Assembly: GCA_020184695.1 (NCBI GenBank)
Contig: JAANOX010000261.1
Location: 156,178-220,177 of the forward strand
Direction of reading: 5' to 3'
DNA from: Histomonas meleagridis 2922-C6/04-290x
Lineage: Eukaryota > Protista > Parabasalia
DNA: 64,000 bases
A model generated the notes under the pieces. The model made no database searches and had not been told where the DNA came from. It saw nothing but the letters and a program-made list of their open reading frames with translations. Of the stretch, positions 47,227 to 58,730 are shown piece by piece. Position 1 is the first letter of the stretch, and every line of letters starts with the position of its first letter. Made by a program: the position numbers and the translations under genes.

Positions 47227-47784
47227 ATGAGTTGGATTAGTTGTGTTGTTGATAAAGATTACGAAATATTCTCAGAATTTCCTTATCAAATAAAAAGAAA
47301 ATCGAACAAGAAAATTATTAAAGATACGTTAAATAAAAATGACGGTTATATTTGCTGTCGCTTAAATAACAAAACATATCACAAACATAGAATCATAGCG
47401 TTGCAATTTATTCCGAATCCTGAGAATAAAACACAAATAGATCATATGAATTACGACAGAACAGATTTTCGCATTGAAAATCTTCGATGGGTTTCGGCGT
47501 CTGAAAATTCGAATAATGTCGCATCATACAGAAAGGATTCTGAGTATTTTGACGAAATTAACGAGGATTCAATTGAGATGAAAGAATATGCCGGTCATGA
47601 GTTGGAAGTATATTATTATGATGATGAAACAGATGCGTTTTATTTTTGGAACGGTATTAAATTCAGAAACCTTAATATTTGTCATAATAAGCGCGGTTAT
47701 GCTTTTGTTCGTGTTAGAGATATAAATAATAATAAAGTTGAGATATGTTATGCAATATTCAAAATAATTTACGGCTTTGTTTAA
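47227..47784 (+). CDS. HNH (I-HmuI/NUMOD4-like) endonuclease
   Basis: DGY...L...HRIIA..FIPNP...IDHMNYDRTDFRIENLRWVSASENSNN. The Asn expected in the D-N-R position is Phe here. Confidence 0.85.
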   Translation: MSWISCVVDKDYEIFSEFPYQIKRKSNKKIIKDTLNKNDGYICCRLNNKTYHKHRIIALQFIPNPENKTQIDHMNYDRTDFRIENLRWVSASENSNNVASYRKDSEYFDEINEDSIEMKEYAGHELEVYYYDDETDAFYFWNGIKFRNLNICHNKRGYAFVRVRDINNNKVEICYAIFKIIYGFV

Positions 47785-47884
47785 TTTATTTATAACTTAT
47801 ATTTTCCAATTATTGATAATCAATTTTCTTGTCATTCATAACTTGTTTCGACTTGTTTGAATCAATGATTCCGTTCATGATTTT

Positions 47885-48184
47885 TCAATTATCTTCTTCT
47901 TTATCTTTATCTTTTTCGTCTGATGTTGAACTATCATTAACGCCGTTATCAAACTCGCCGTATAACCGATAAATCTTATTATCTTTTATTAAATATTCGT
48001 TTTTCAAAGTTTGAGCAATAAAATTGTTCGATACAGCAATGCCTGAATCATTTAAATAAAGTTCTTGAATCTTCGACCGGCTCATGTTTTTCAAATCATC
48101 TTTTAAAGTATCGTACCACAGGATAAAATCAATAACTTGGTTTTTTCTTAATCTTCCTTTACGGTCAACTGTTATTTTACTCAT
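47885..48184 (-). CDS. Small basic/acidic protein carried in arm A'
   Basis: Intact 99-aa ORF; duplicated in arm A. Confidence 0.7.
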   Translation of the reverse strand: MSKITVDRKGRLRKNQVIDFILWYDTLKDDLKNMSRSKIQELYLNDSGIAVSNNFIAQTLKNEYLIKDNKIYRLYGEFDNGVNDSSTSDEKDKDKEEDN

Positions 48185-48610
48185 TTTGTAATCAATAAAA
48201 ATTTAAATCGTTATTTAAAAATTAACTTTGATTTAAGGATGTGCAAAAATGCACGGTCTTGAGAATTTTAAAAAATTTAATGGCGACAGGAAAATGACGC
48301 CTTAAGATTTAACAGTTACTATTAAAATCTACTTTTGACGTTAATAATTTTGTTGATGAAAGAACAAAAATGTTTGTCTCGACTTCTTCAATTAACGCTT
48401 TCATTAATGTATATAATCGAATGATATGTCGGAACTTTTTGCCGTTCGCGATTCATCAAATGTTATGGGAGCTTCTTATATTTATTGTCAAATGTAAAGA
48501 ATAACGAGTAACAAATTGATTTTAATGGCGGATGGCGGAATCCTCCGACGTTATAGAGAAATGTAAAAGTTACTTGTTACTTTGTGACTCAATAATTTTT
48601 TTAAAATCGA
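47918..48610 (-). repeat. Outer inverted repeat arm A'
   Basis: Partner of 41929-42622. Confidence 0.95.
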
Positions 48611-48631
48611 GGAGTCACTAAATGATATAAC

Positions 48632-48770
48632 AAATGAAACATGAATTTTCAAGCGTTAATACAACAATCAACAAAGAAGTTTATGATATCATTAATTTTG
48701 AAACATGAATTTTTAAGCGTTAATACAACAATCAACAAAGAAGTTTATGATATCATTAATTTTGAAACAA
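48632..48770 (+). repeat. ~65-bp tandem duplicate, with related copies at ~52430-52500 and ~53000-53040
   Basis: gaaacatgaatttt.aagcgttaatacaacaatcaacaaagaagtttatgatatcattaattttg occurs twice; similar modules lie downstream. Confidence 0.8.
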
Positions 48771-48899
48771 TCAAATGAAACATCAAAAAATTAATAATAA
48801 ATTAATTGAAATTTTGATTTGCCCGGATGCTTGGATTGGAAGTATCTGTTCTGAGCTTGCGATATTTTTTTGGTTCATCTGCTCGACTTTTGACAAAAA

Positions 48900-51800
48900 T
48901 AAATACTCTCTACACATCAATAACTTTTAAATTTACTGGCTTTTCTCCTTTCTCTGTTTCCTTGTCATTAAACGATTTTTCATAAGCTTTATATTCAATT
49001 ATCGCGTAAAGGTCAGGTATCTGTTCTTTTGGCTCTAATTTATAAATCCTCACGCGATTCTTGCTGTCATTAATCATTATATAATTTTAGCAATCAGGGT
49101 GAGTATCAATTAGAGCTTCATATTGTTTTCTTGTTATTCTTTGCATTTCGCAAACGCTCAATAATTTTCTAGCTAATCTCGTTTGTTTGTATCCTTCAAT
49201 CTTGATGTTATCAATAACTAAACCGTGACTTTTATATTATCAACAATGAATCTATCAACAGCGTTTAAATCTAAATACTGACGTTCAAGCTGTTCATCAA
49301 ATAAAACATTACTCTTATCGTTTATTTTTCTAATTAACGCCTCAGGATTAAATTCAGTAACATCAACTTGTGTTTTCATGTAATGTTAAAATAATTCCAT
49401 GTACTCTTTCACGTAATCGCCTTGTTTGATTGGCTGGAATTCCTTATACAAATTATTGAAATATCCTTCATCTCCACATTTAGAATTATTAACTTCAAAA
49501 TAAATTAATCGTCTATCTTTTTTTTCTTCTTGTATCGGATTAGGATTATTAGAAGTTAAGATATAGTTCGCCCAAGATTCAATTTCTATTGAGTCTATTT
49601 ATTTTGTTCCTTTAATAGTATTTTTTTGCGTAAGCTTTGATTTCATTTTTCCTAAATATTTAAATTTCTCTGTCGCTTCTGGCGGTTCATTTATGACTAT
49701 CACTACTAAGTTGCGATCAATCAAACCGTTAAACTTACCAAATACTTTGTTTAGGTCATCACAAATTCTTAATACATATTTACCTAGAATCTCACAAAAT
49801 AATTCAATTGGTGAACTCGAGAGTCTGAGTAGCATACCCAAAACATACCCACTTTTGGACGGTTATTCCCACAATTTTCGACTTTTTGAATTCGATGTAA
49901 AATAACCGTCTCATTTCTTCAAAATTTCGGATAAAAAAAATTTCGAAAAAATAAAGCTCAACAAAATAAAATAATTTCAACAATAGTAATAACTATATCA
50001 ATATAATTATTCATGAATAGTATAGAATTAAATAATAATGAGTATTCGTGTAAAAAACGATATTGAAAATAATCATAAAATATTTTAAAATAAATAATAT
50101 AATCGAATTCTCCATATGTTAAAACATATTACTGTATTATTTATTTGCCAAAATACAAAATGTATATCGTGTTATTAGCAAATGTTTTTGATGTCCATTA
50201 TGCATTATTGAATTCATGTTCAAAAAGTGGGAATTGTGAAGAAATTTCATTCAATTTTAATTTCAATACTTTACATTTTTGCCACAATAAATTCTGAACA
50301 AATAAAAAATGACATTGTAAAACAAAATAATTTAAATGAATAATCAATAAATAAGAATAATTATATACATTAAGCATTGACAAACAATGAGCTACAAAAT
50401 ATATTCTTCAATAAGCATTAAATGACAATAATTTATGAAAAACATTATTTACAATCATTGATAAATAATGAATTATAATGATTTTTTTTATTAAACAATA
50501 ATAAACAAAGAATATTAATGATTTGTTTTTTTAAACATCAATAAAATATGAATAATAATGATTTACTCTATAAAGCAATAACAAACAATGAAGTTTAATG
50601 ATTTGTTTTATTAATCATCAATAGACAATGAATAATAATGATTTCTTTATTCAACAATAATAAACAATGAATAATAATGATTATCATTAATTAAACATTA
50701 ATATACAATGATTTATAATTATATGTTTGAGTAAACATTAATAAACAATGATTATCATTCAAATATCACATCATCATATGAGAAATAGTCTGAGTATTTT
50801 GATACAATCTCTAAAATAGTGATTTTTGTATTATTCTTAAACGGCTTATAAAGCATGAATTCAAAATGAATTTCTGGCATTAACGTCTTTATTATAAATT
50901 TCTGTTTGTTGTTGATTTATTTAATATATACCCTTCTATTACAAAATCCAAATACTCCGTGTAAGTCTGACAGTAATTTGCAAATTCATTTTTTGAGTGA
51001 CGTTTTTTTGTGAAATTCTCAAACGTATAAGTTGATGTATTTACATTTACTGGATCATCAATGACATCATAAATTTTGTATTTATCTCTAATACCTTCTA
51101 AGAGTTTGTTTATTATACTAAAATACCATCTATTAGTATCTTCCTTTTTATAATATCTGCCAAGAACTGATTGTATCGTATGTTCTACGGCATGCTGGTG
51201 TTCATTATCTGAATACCATTTAACCAAAACATTCTTCAAACGAGTTTTTGTATAAGGTGAATGATAAAGTGGCGCAAGGTCATTTAAGAGAACATTAAAT
51301 TCAGCGTCAAAATTATTCAACAACTCCAACAGTAAAGTTCTGAATAATTTTGAGTTCATCATCAAATTCTAACTCATCAACGTCGAAATTATTTTGTTTC
51401 CTTTCTTGCATCATTCTCTCTGTTTGTTCTTTCTTTGTTTCCTTCGGCTTGAATATTTTGCTTCATTCTCTTTTAGTTATTAACTATTTGTTTCCTCTTA
51501 CTTGAATTATTTGAGTTACCGGTTTTTTGTCTTCACATATAAATCCATGATTTAATTTATTGTTTGAGTCATTTTGTTTAAATATTTTATCTGATAGAAC
51601 GTGACGAAATAATTGACTCGTCGTTTTATTTTCTCTTTTTGACACAAGCTTATAAACGTTAATATCGCAAAATTTATTTATTCCATTCCTATAAAATCCT
51701 TTCTTTTATGTGTGTTTCATTATTTCTGTCAAATTTTTTGTAAAAATTCTTTTTTCATAGAAGACAGCGTGAATTGATAAATAATAATTATCATTCTCTA

Positions 51801-52013
51801 AATACCTAAAACCATAATTATCTGTCATTTCTTTATTATTTGTATATCCTCCGTTAAGGAAATCACCAAATTTTTTTTTAATGATTCAAGCCAACCGTAC
51901 ACATCAATAAAATCTACTTCTGATTTGAGCGAGTCAAAATCAAAATATAAATGTACTGACCCTTCAGAAATTAAGAATATAATAAAACCATTACTGAAAT
52001 CATAATTGTTCAC
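48900..52013 (-). pseudogene. Second type of D5-like primase-helicase, heavily decayed
   Basis: N-terminal VHLYFDFDS (AEP motif-like) at 51825-52013; helicase part PIELFCEILG...VFGKFNG...VVIVINEP...WANY..TSNNPNPIQEEKKDRRL at about 49450-49850. Walker A appears deleted. Joining the pieces into one gene is inference. Confidence 0.55.
50380..50760. repeat. AT-rich degenerate minisatellite
   Basis: Recurrent aacaatgaataataatgattt-like units. Confidence 0.75.
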
Positions 52014-52529
52014 TTCGTCATAGCTTATAGTTTTTGGTTTAAAATTATTTGGTCTAATTATTAATAATTACGTAACACTTTATCTTATTTTTTGATTTTT
52101 TTATTTCATTATATAAGGAGTCGATCAAAACATCAGAGACTTCAATCGAACTATTAAGCATTATTTATATACTGATTAAAAAATCAGAATTGCAGTTTAG
52201 AGATGAGCTTTATTTTTGAACATTAGGTTTTTTGTTGTTCGGATTGGGAGTTGATATTTCAGTTCATGTGAGTCGTCAATTTGAAACTTGTGGGAATAAA
52301 TTATAAATTAATTCAAAAATCAACTGTGCACGGTTTGAAGCCTCTGTTCTGAGCTCGCGATATTTCTTTGGTTCATCTGCTCAGCTTAAAAACATTCAAA
52401 TTTACAAAATCATTAGTGACTTCATACGAATGAAACATGAATTTTCGAACGTTAAATACAAAAATCGACGAAGAAGTTAATGATATCATCGATTTGAAAC
52501 AAGAATTTTTGCAAATTACAAACGAGCAA

Positions 52530-53600
52530 AATTCTGCGGTTCATTTGTACGTTATATATTACCACGTCATGACGGAATAACTAAGAAAAATATCAAATCA
52601 GCCGTGAATGTTATAAAATTGATAAAAGAAAAAAAAACATGTACGTTTTAATTGCTCAAGACGGAGCAGTAATAACAAAACCAAGATCTAAATTAATATC
52701 GATTGGCGATTTGCAAAACAAAGTTCGCTTCGCGAATAAATAACCTGATAATATTAAATGGGCATTAACATTTCCTGGTAAATGAAACGGTACCGTTGAG
52801 TCAATTCTATCATTTAATCCTAAAACAAATAAGTATAAAATACTTTTTACCGTTCCTGGGATTCGACGTATAGAGATGAAATTCCTGCTTCATTTCTCCG
52901 CGGCAATACTCTTCATAAACAGTCAGAAATTAAAAAAGCCTCTTCGAAGCATCAAAGTCTTAAAGACCGAAGAATGTTTTAAAAATTAGCATTAGTTATG
53001 ATATCATCGATTTGAAACATGAATTTTCAAGCATTGAATAGAGCAGAATTTTGCGATTCATTCGATATTGTGAGTCGGCAATTGATTTATTTTTAATTTC
53101 AGACTTAAATCCTTCGAAAAATGCTCATTTTCTCCGATTCGTTGAGGGTTCACTTTTGAGTTAAAAAATCATTTTTGATTTTCAAATGGTACTTTTTTGA
53201 TAAAAATTAACATTCTTCATAAAGTATCTTCATCAACTTCGTCATCAACTATATGTTCTTTTATTTTTCTGTAATATTTTTCGAACCTATCATAAACTTC
53301 TGGCAATAAATTATATACATTAAATACTTTTCCATCAATTCTTTTTGCAATAGCATTTCCCGTAAATTTTTTCATATTTGCAATAAATGTTCTTGAGCTG
53401 CAACTGTTGAATTTGTTTTTTTCAACAAAATCACAATAAAGATTAAATTAATCAGGACCAGTAATATTTTTGATTTTATCATAATTGTCTCTAGCGTAAA
53501 TTTTATAACTTGACATTGGAGCTTCTTTAATATTTTCTTTTGCTTCAGTATTTGGTATTACTCTTAAATTTGTTTTTGACACATCACACACACACAGCAC
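52530..53600. mobile_element. Inverted, diverged remnant of the integrase/helicase junction of element 2
   Basis: Integrase C-terminus on + (52530-52940, matches the reverse complement of ~25830-26200), shared spacer motif, helicase C-terminus on - (53216-53590, matches 24970-25340). Confidence 0.8.
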
Positions 53601-53984
53601 AACTCCACTTCGTTTCATTGTGCACTTCGCTTCGCTCGGTGTGTGTTCTCAGCTCACTCGCGTTCGCTTCGAAAATAAAGTTTACTTCCAAATAACAACA
53701 ATTTCAGATAAATAATTTGTTAGAAATGTAGCCGCTACAAAATATATACACGCTACGCGTAATATTCAATAGTAGTAGTAATAACCTCTAAAATACCTGT
53801 ATTTTGTATATGTTACTTTTGTAGCGTATGTTATTTCTAAATATATTACATAATAAAGTTTACATAATAATGATATATATGAATTTTGCGAGAGTGACAG
53901 GTAACGTAACGCTACACGCTACACGTTAATGATAATAATAATAATAAAATTTTCTCAAAATGAATTTTTTTATTTATATAAGAC

Positions 53985-54137
53985 ATGAAATCTAATGGAG
54001 AATGGCAAACAACTAAGGTTGATTATGATTATGAAATTAACACTAATTATTCATATCAGATAAGAGATAAACATACTAAAAGAATTATTAAAGAAAGTTA
54101 TAATAGATGTGAAATATTCTGTGAAATATATTTCTAA
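53985..54137 (+). pseudogene. Truncated N-terminus of an HNH/NUMOD4-like protein
   Basis: WQTTKVDYDYEINTNYSYQIRDKHTKRIIKESYN aligns with WISCVVDKDYEIFSEFPYQIKRKSNKKIIKDTLN of 47227. Confidence 0.6.
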
Positions 54138-54267
54138 TCTTTAATATATTACATAAGCTACAAGTTACGAGTTACAAAAAAAATCTCAAAATAATTAATC
54201 ATAAATGTATTTCTAAAAAGTATATGTTTATAAAATTTTAACATTATTTTTATTTGTAGCAGAAGAT

Positions 54268-55713
54268 ATGACAACCGTTACAGATTAAAAGTTAACATTT
54301 GATGACGTTTAAAATACTACAATTGATATCAATGATAAATTTAATTTAATGGATATTCGTAAAAAATGTCCATATGATTTAAATAAATTAGATGTATTGG
54401 TTGATATCAAAAAGTGTTTTATTGTATGTGATTCAACACCCGAAATATTAATGTTTAAATATTATGACGGTTTAAATAATTGTGTTAAAGTTAGTTATAC
54501 TAATGAGAAAATTGCTATGAGTAAATTAAAAAAGATTATTGTTGCCAATAGAATTGAAGGCAAAAAAACATAATCAATAAATGCTTCGGATTTATACTTA
54601 AAAAATACATTATTATTTATCGTTAAAGCATTAAAATTTTATAGTGAAGACCCAGAAATATTCAGTTATTTTAGAGGTTATGATTATAATAATTTAGATG
54701 AAGTTAAACAAGAAATTATACAACCGTTTTTAGATCATGATGTATTAGAAGTAATATGTGATAATAACCGAGAAATTTATAAATATATATTAATATGGAT
54801 AGCATCAATATTACAAAAACCCAATTTTAAAACAGGTATAGCTATTGTTATACTCGGTAATCAAGGGGTTGGAAAAAATACATTTTTCACAGATATTATT
54901 TGTAAATTAATGGCCAGATATGCTAATAAAAATGTTACTAATATTGAAAATATTGTTGGTAAGTTTAATGCTACATTAGGAAATAAGAAATTATTAGTAT
55001 CAAATGAATTACAAAATATATATACTAATTAGTTTTTAAACTCTGATGCTTTAAAATCAATTATAACTGATGATACTATTAATATCAATCAAAAAAATGA
55101 ACCTATAAGAACAGTTGAAAATGTGGCTAATTTCTTTATGGTTTCTAATAACGATATTCCAATTAAAATTGATAATGATGATAGAAGATATTTAGTAATC
55201 ACAGCTTCAAATAAAGATAAACGAGACTTTGATTATTTCAGCAATTTATATAATACATTTACTCCTGAGTTCTATGAAAACTTATTTACATTCTTTATGA
55301 TAATGAGTACAACTAAAGTTAATCTCAGAAATATACCTAATACTGAAGCTAAAGACAATATTAAAGAAGCCTCTATGTCATCATATGAAATATTTGTTAG
55401 AGATAATTATGATAAAATTAATAATATCACAGGACCTAATTTATTTAAATTATATTGTGAATTTGTAGATCAAAATAGATTTAATAGTTGTTCATCTAAA
55501 ACATTTATAGCTAATATTAAAAAATATACAGGTCCTGCTAAAAATAAACGTATAAACGGTAAAGTTGAAAAAGTATATTGTTTAAAGGATGAATATTATA
55601 ATGAATATAAAGCTTATCATGATAAATTAGTTGAATCTTGCACAGAAGAAATTAATGATGATTGGTATATTGCAAATAAACAATTGAAAGAATTAATGAA
55701 TACTGAACTATAA
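54268..55713 (+). pseudogene. D5-like SF3 helicase, frameshifted (paralogue of 23972-25340)
   Basis: GNQGVGKNTF, GKFN, NFFMVSNNDIPIKIDNDDRRY; several stops and frameshifts. Confidence 0.85.
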
Positions 55714-55754
55714 AAGCGATATGATTTGATTTAAAGTTATTAATATTGTTATAA

Positions 55755-56060
55755 TTAATATTTTTTTTCGCCTGTACATACAGTAACGTCATTTTTGTTA
55801 GAATCAAACATTAAAATATAACGTCCTTTATATATATTATTAACAGGAGCTTTTATTTTTATATTGACATTATAATGTGTAATATAAGGTTTTAAACCTA
55901 ATTTTTTAGACTTTTTTAAAGTATTACTGTTAGCAATTATTACATATTTATATATTACTAAGTCATCTATATAAAAATTGATTAAATCGATGTAAGGCAT
56001 TTGTTTTATAGTAAATACTTTTTTAAGTTTTAATTTATTAATATAGTCAAATATATCCAT
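55755..56060 (-). CDS. Small hypothetical protein
   Basis: Intact 101-aa ORF from ATG; no motif recognised. Confidence 0.45.
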   Translation of the reverse strand: MDIFDYINKLKLKKVFTIKQMPYIDLINFYIDDLVIYKYVIIANSNTLKKSKKLGLKPYITHYNVNIKIKAPVNNIYKGRYILMFDSNKNDVTVCTGEKKY

Positions 56061-56092
56061 TATAATAGTATATTTTTACATATATTAAAAAT

Positions 56093-56475
56093 ATGTCAGT
56101 ACCTCATTCTCGAGTATTATCTTGTTCAAAAGGATTTTTAGCATAAGTTGATACTAATATCAACAGCCCACAACAAACCAAAATGTGAATGCCGTAGTAA
56201 ATGATTATTCAATTAAATATCTTGATCCAAATATTGACAACAACAACATTGATAATAATAAACTTACTGTTAACAGATCTGTCGAAACAGCTAATGATTT
56301 AAATAATAATATACAAAACATTATTCATGACAAAGATTTATTAATACAAGCATTAATATTATGTTTAGATATTATAGAGAATAATCCGTTAATAGTTAAT
56401 AAATATATAATTGCTGATGAAGATGAGTTAATTAAATTAATACAATTGTTATGTGATAAGTTTAAAGTTTGTTAA
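56093..56475 (+). pseudogene. Hypothetical Maverick protein, disrupted
   Basis: ATG at 56093 with an early stop, then ORF 56185-56475. Confidence 0.4.
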
Positions 56476-56596
56476 ATCAGTTTCAGGATTAACATATGAA
56501 CATTGAGCTTCATATAATGATTATTCATAAAATTTATTTCTTATTTTTATATATAATATAATACCCAAAAAACTAACAACAAAACAAGTAATAGAA

Positions 56597-58703
56597 TTGT
56601 TTAATAATTACGGTTATACTTTACCAGATAATTTTGAACACACAAATACTAAAACCAGATATAAGGTTTATGATGAAATGAATAATAGATATGATAGTTT
56701 GTCATATAATCAATTACAATATAAAATTAAACATAATAAACGCAGTGAATATGATTATTTTGATGATTACTATAATATGGCATTATCTGAAGATGAACCT
56801 ATTGATGAACCTGTAATACATAATAAATCTGTTAACAATATAACTAAAGATTTAATTAGAAAGTTATTATTACAAAAAGATATTACTTACAATAATAATG
56901 ACAAAAAAGATATATTATATGCATTAATGTATGCTATTAAATCATCTGGACCAAAAATTAATAAAGATATTAGGATGACAATTATTGACGATAATAATAA
57001 TATATCTTATTATCACGGAAATATGAATACAGTTAATTTCTTATATGATATTATTAATGAAAAAGATGATATTAGTGACAGTAATACTTTAGCATTAAAA
57101 ACTTTCAAAAATATTAAATCTATAAAGTTTGAGTTTAGAGATTTGAAAAACGGAAAAAGAGTTAATCCGGGATTCTTCCCATATATTAATACTACTGATA
57201 TAGATATTACAAAATACGGTATATTTAATAACATCAACAATGAACATATAAATGAATCTTGTTTGATACAATCATTTATTGCAAGTAATTTATTTAGTGA
57301 TAATGATATTAATATGTTAAAATCTTTTATAAATACCAGAACAGTCCCATTAGAACAATTAAATGATATATCAGATTTATTAAAAGTACATATCAATGTA
57401 AGATATATGGCTAATAAAGGTTTTACTCACAGAGATTACGGTAAACAATATAATAAACTTATAAAATCAATCATTATAGATAATCATTAAATGATACTGT
57501 TAATATATCAATTGACAGTATTAGAAATTATGACAAATATAATACTGCAGTGTACATCGATAAACCTATATCTATATATTATTTAATTAATACTATGAAA
57601 AAATATAATTTATTAAAACCTATGGATATTAATACTTATAATAAATTGTGTTGGAGTTATAAAACTATTAATAAACCTTATAACAGTTATAGATTAATAC
57701 ATATTCCTGATAAGAAGTATATACCTGATTTTGTTAAAAGAATGAAACACGGCAAAAAGTTATTTGGTTATAATATTGCTGATAATGAAGTTAACTACAG
57801 GTTAAATGAATTACAAAATATTATTAATAATTTAGGTTTAAACATTAATGTAAAATCTTATTACAGATACAGTGATTTAATGTTAAAAATAATGTATGAA
57901 TACGGTTGTTTTGATAATATATATGAGTCATCAGATGATATTGCTAATAAAATACGTAATTAATGTATATTTCCTGAGACTGTATGGCAACAAATACATT
58001 TAACAGGTAAGTATGATGACATAGAATAAAACGGAGCATATATGTCATCTGTAATATCAATACCTATAGGTAAACCTGATAATAACTGTAATTTTAAAGG
58101 TCAAAATACTAAAATAAAAGAATTTATTGAAATATTATATAATTTAAGGATTAATGCCAAAAATAATAACAATAATAAATTATCTACAACATTGAAATTT
58201 ATGATGAACAGCTGTTGGGGTTCATCTATTAGAAAACCTCCTAATTTTAATAAAAAGTTAAAGACTAATGTTGATAAATATATTGAAGAATTTGCTCCTT
58301 ACGTTATTAAATATGATGTCGGATCAATAATTATGTATATACAGTAAAACCTTATAGAGAACACTTTACATACCCGCAGTTTGCAAAGTCTGTATTAAAT
58401 AATTTTAATGATAAAATGAATCATATTAAAAGTTTAATATCTAAAGTATATTATTCAAAAGTTGATTCTTTATTAATATCTGAAGAAGATTATAACAAAT
58501 TATTGGATTTAGGATATATAGGTGATAAATTAGGACAATTCAAAATTGAACATATATTTAAAGAAATATATATCAAATCAGCTGATAATTGGATCGGTAA
58601 AAATATCGGTAACGAGTATATATATCATGTTAATAACAAATATAAAAATATATGTTCTAATAGTGAAGATCCTATAAAAATATTGATTGAATTAAATCAT
58701 TAA
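56597..58703 (+). pseudogene. Protein-primed family B DNA polymerase-like gene, fragmented
   Basis: Motif A-like YDDIE*NGAYMS (58012-58047), motif B KFMMNSCWG, motif C-like YYSKVDSLLI, terminal LGQFKIEH; N-terminal GFFPY and ESCLIQS...DNH. Confidence 0.65.
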
Positions 58704-58730
58704 AAATAAAATTATTCTCACATATTAGAT

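Noticed and set aside
15780-56475. Homology between 15780-16301 and 56185-56475
   Set aside because: Only vague compositional resemblance by eye; needs a profile alignment.
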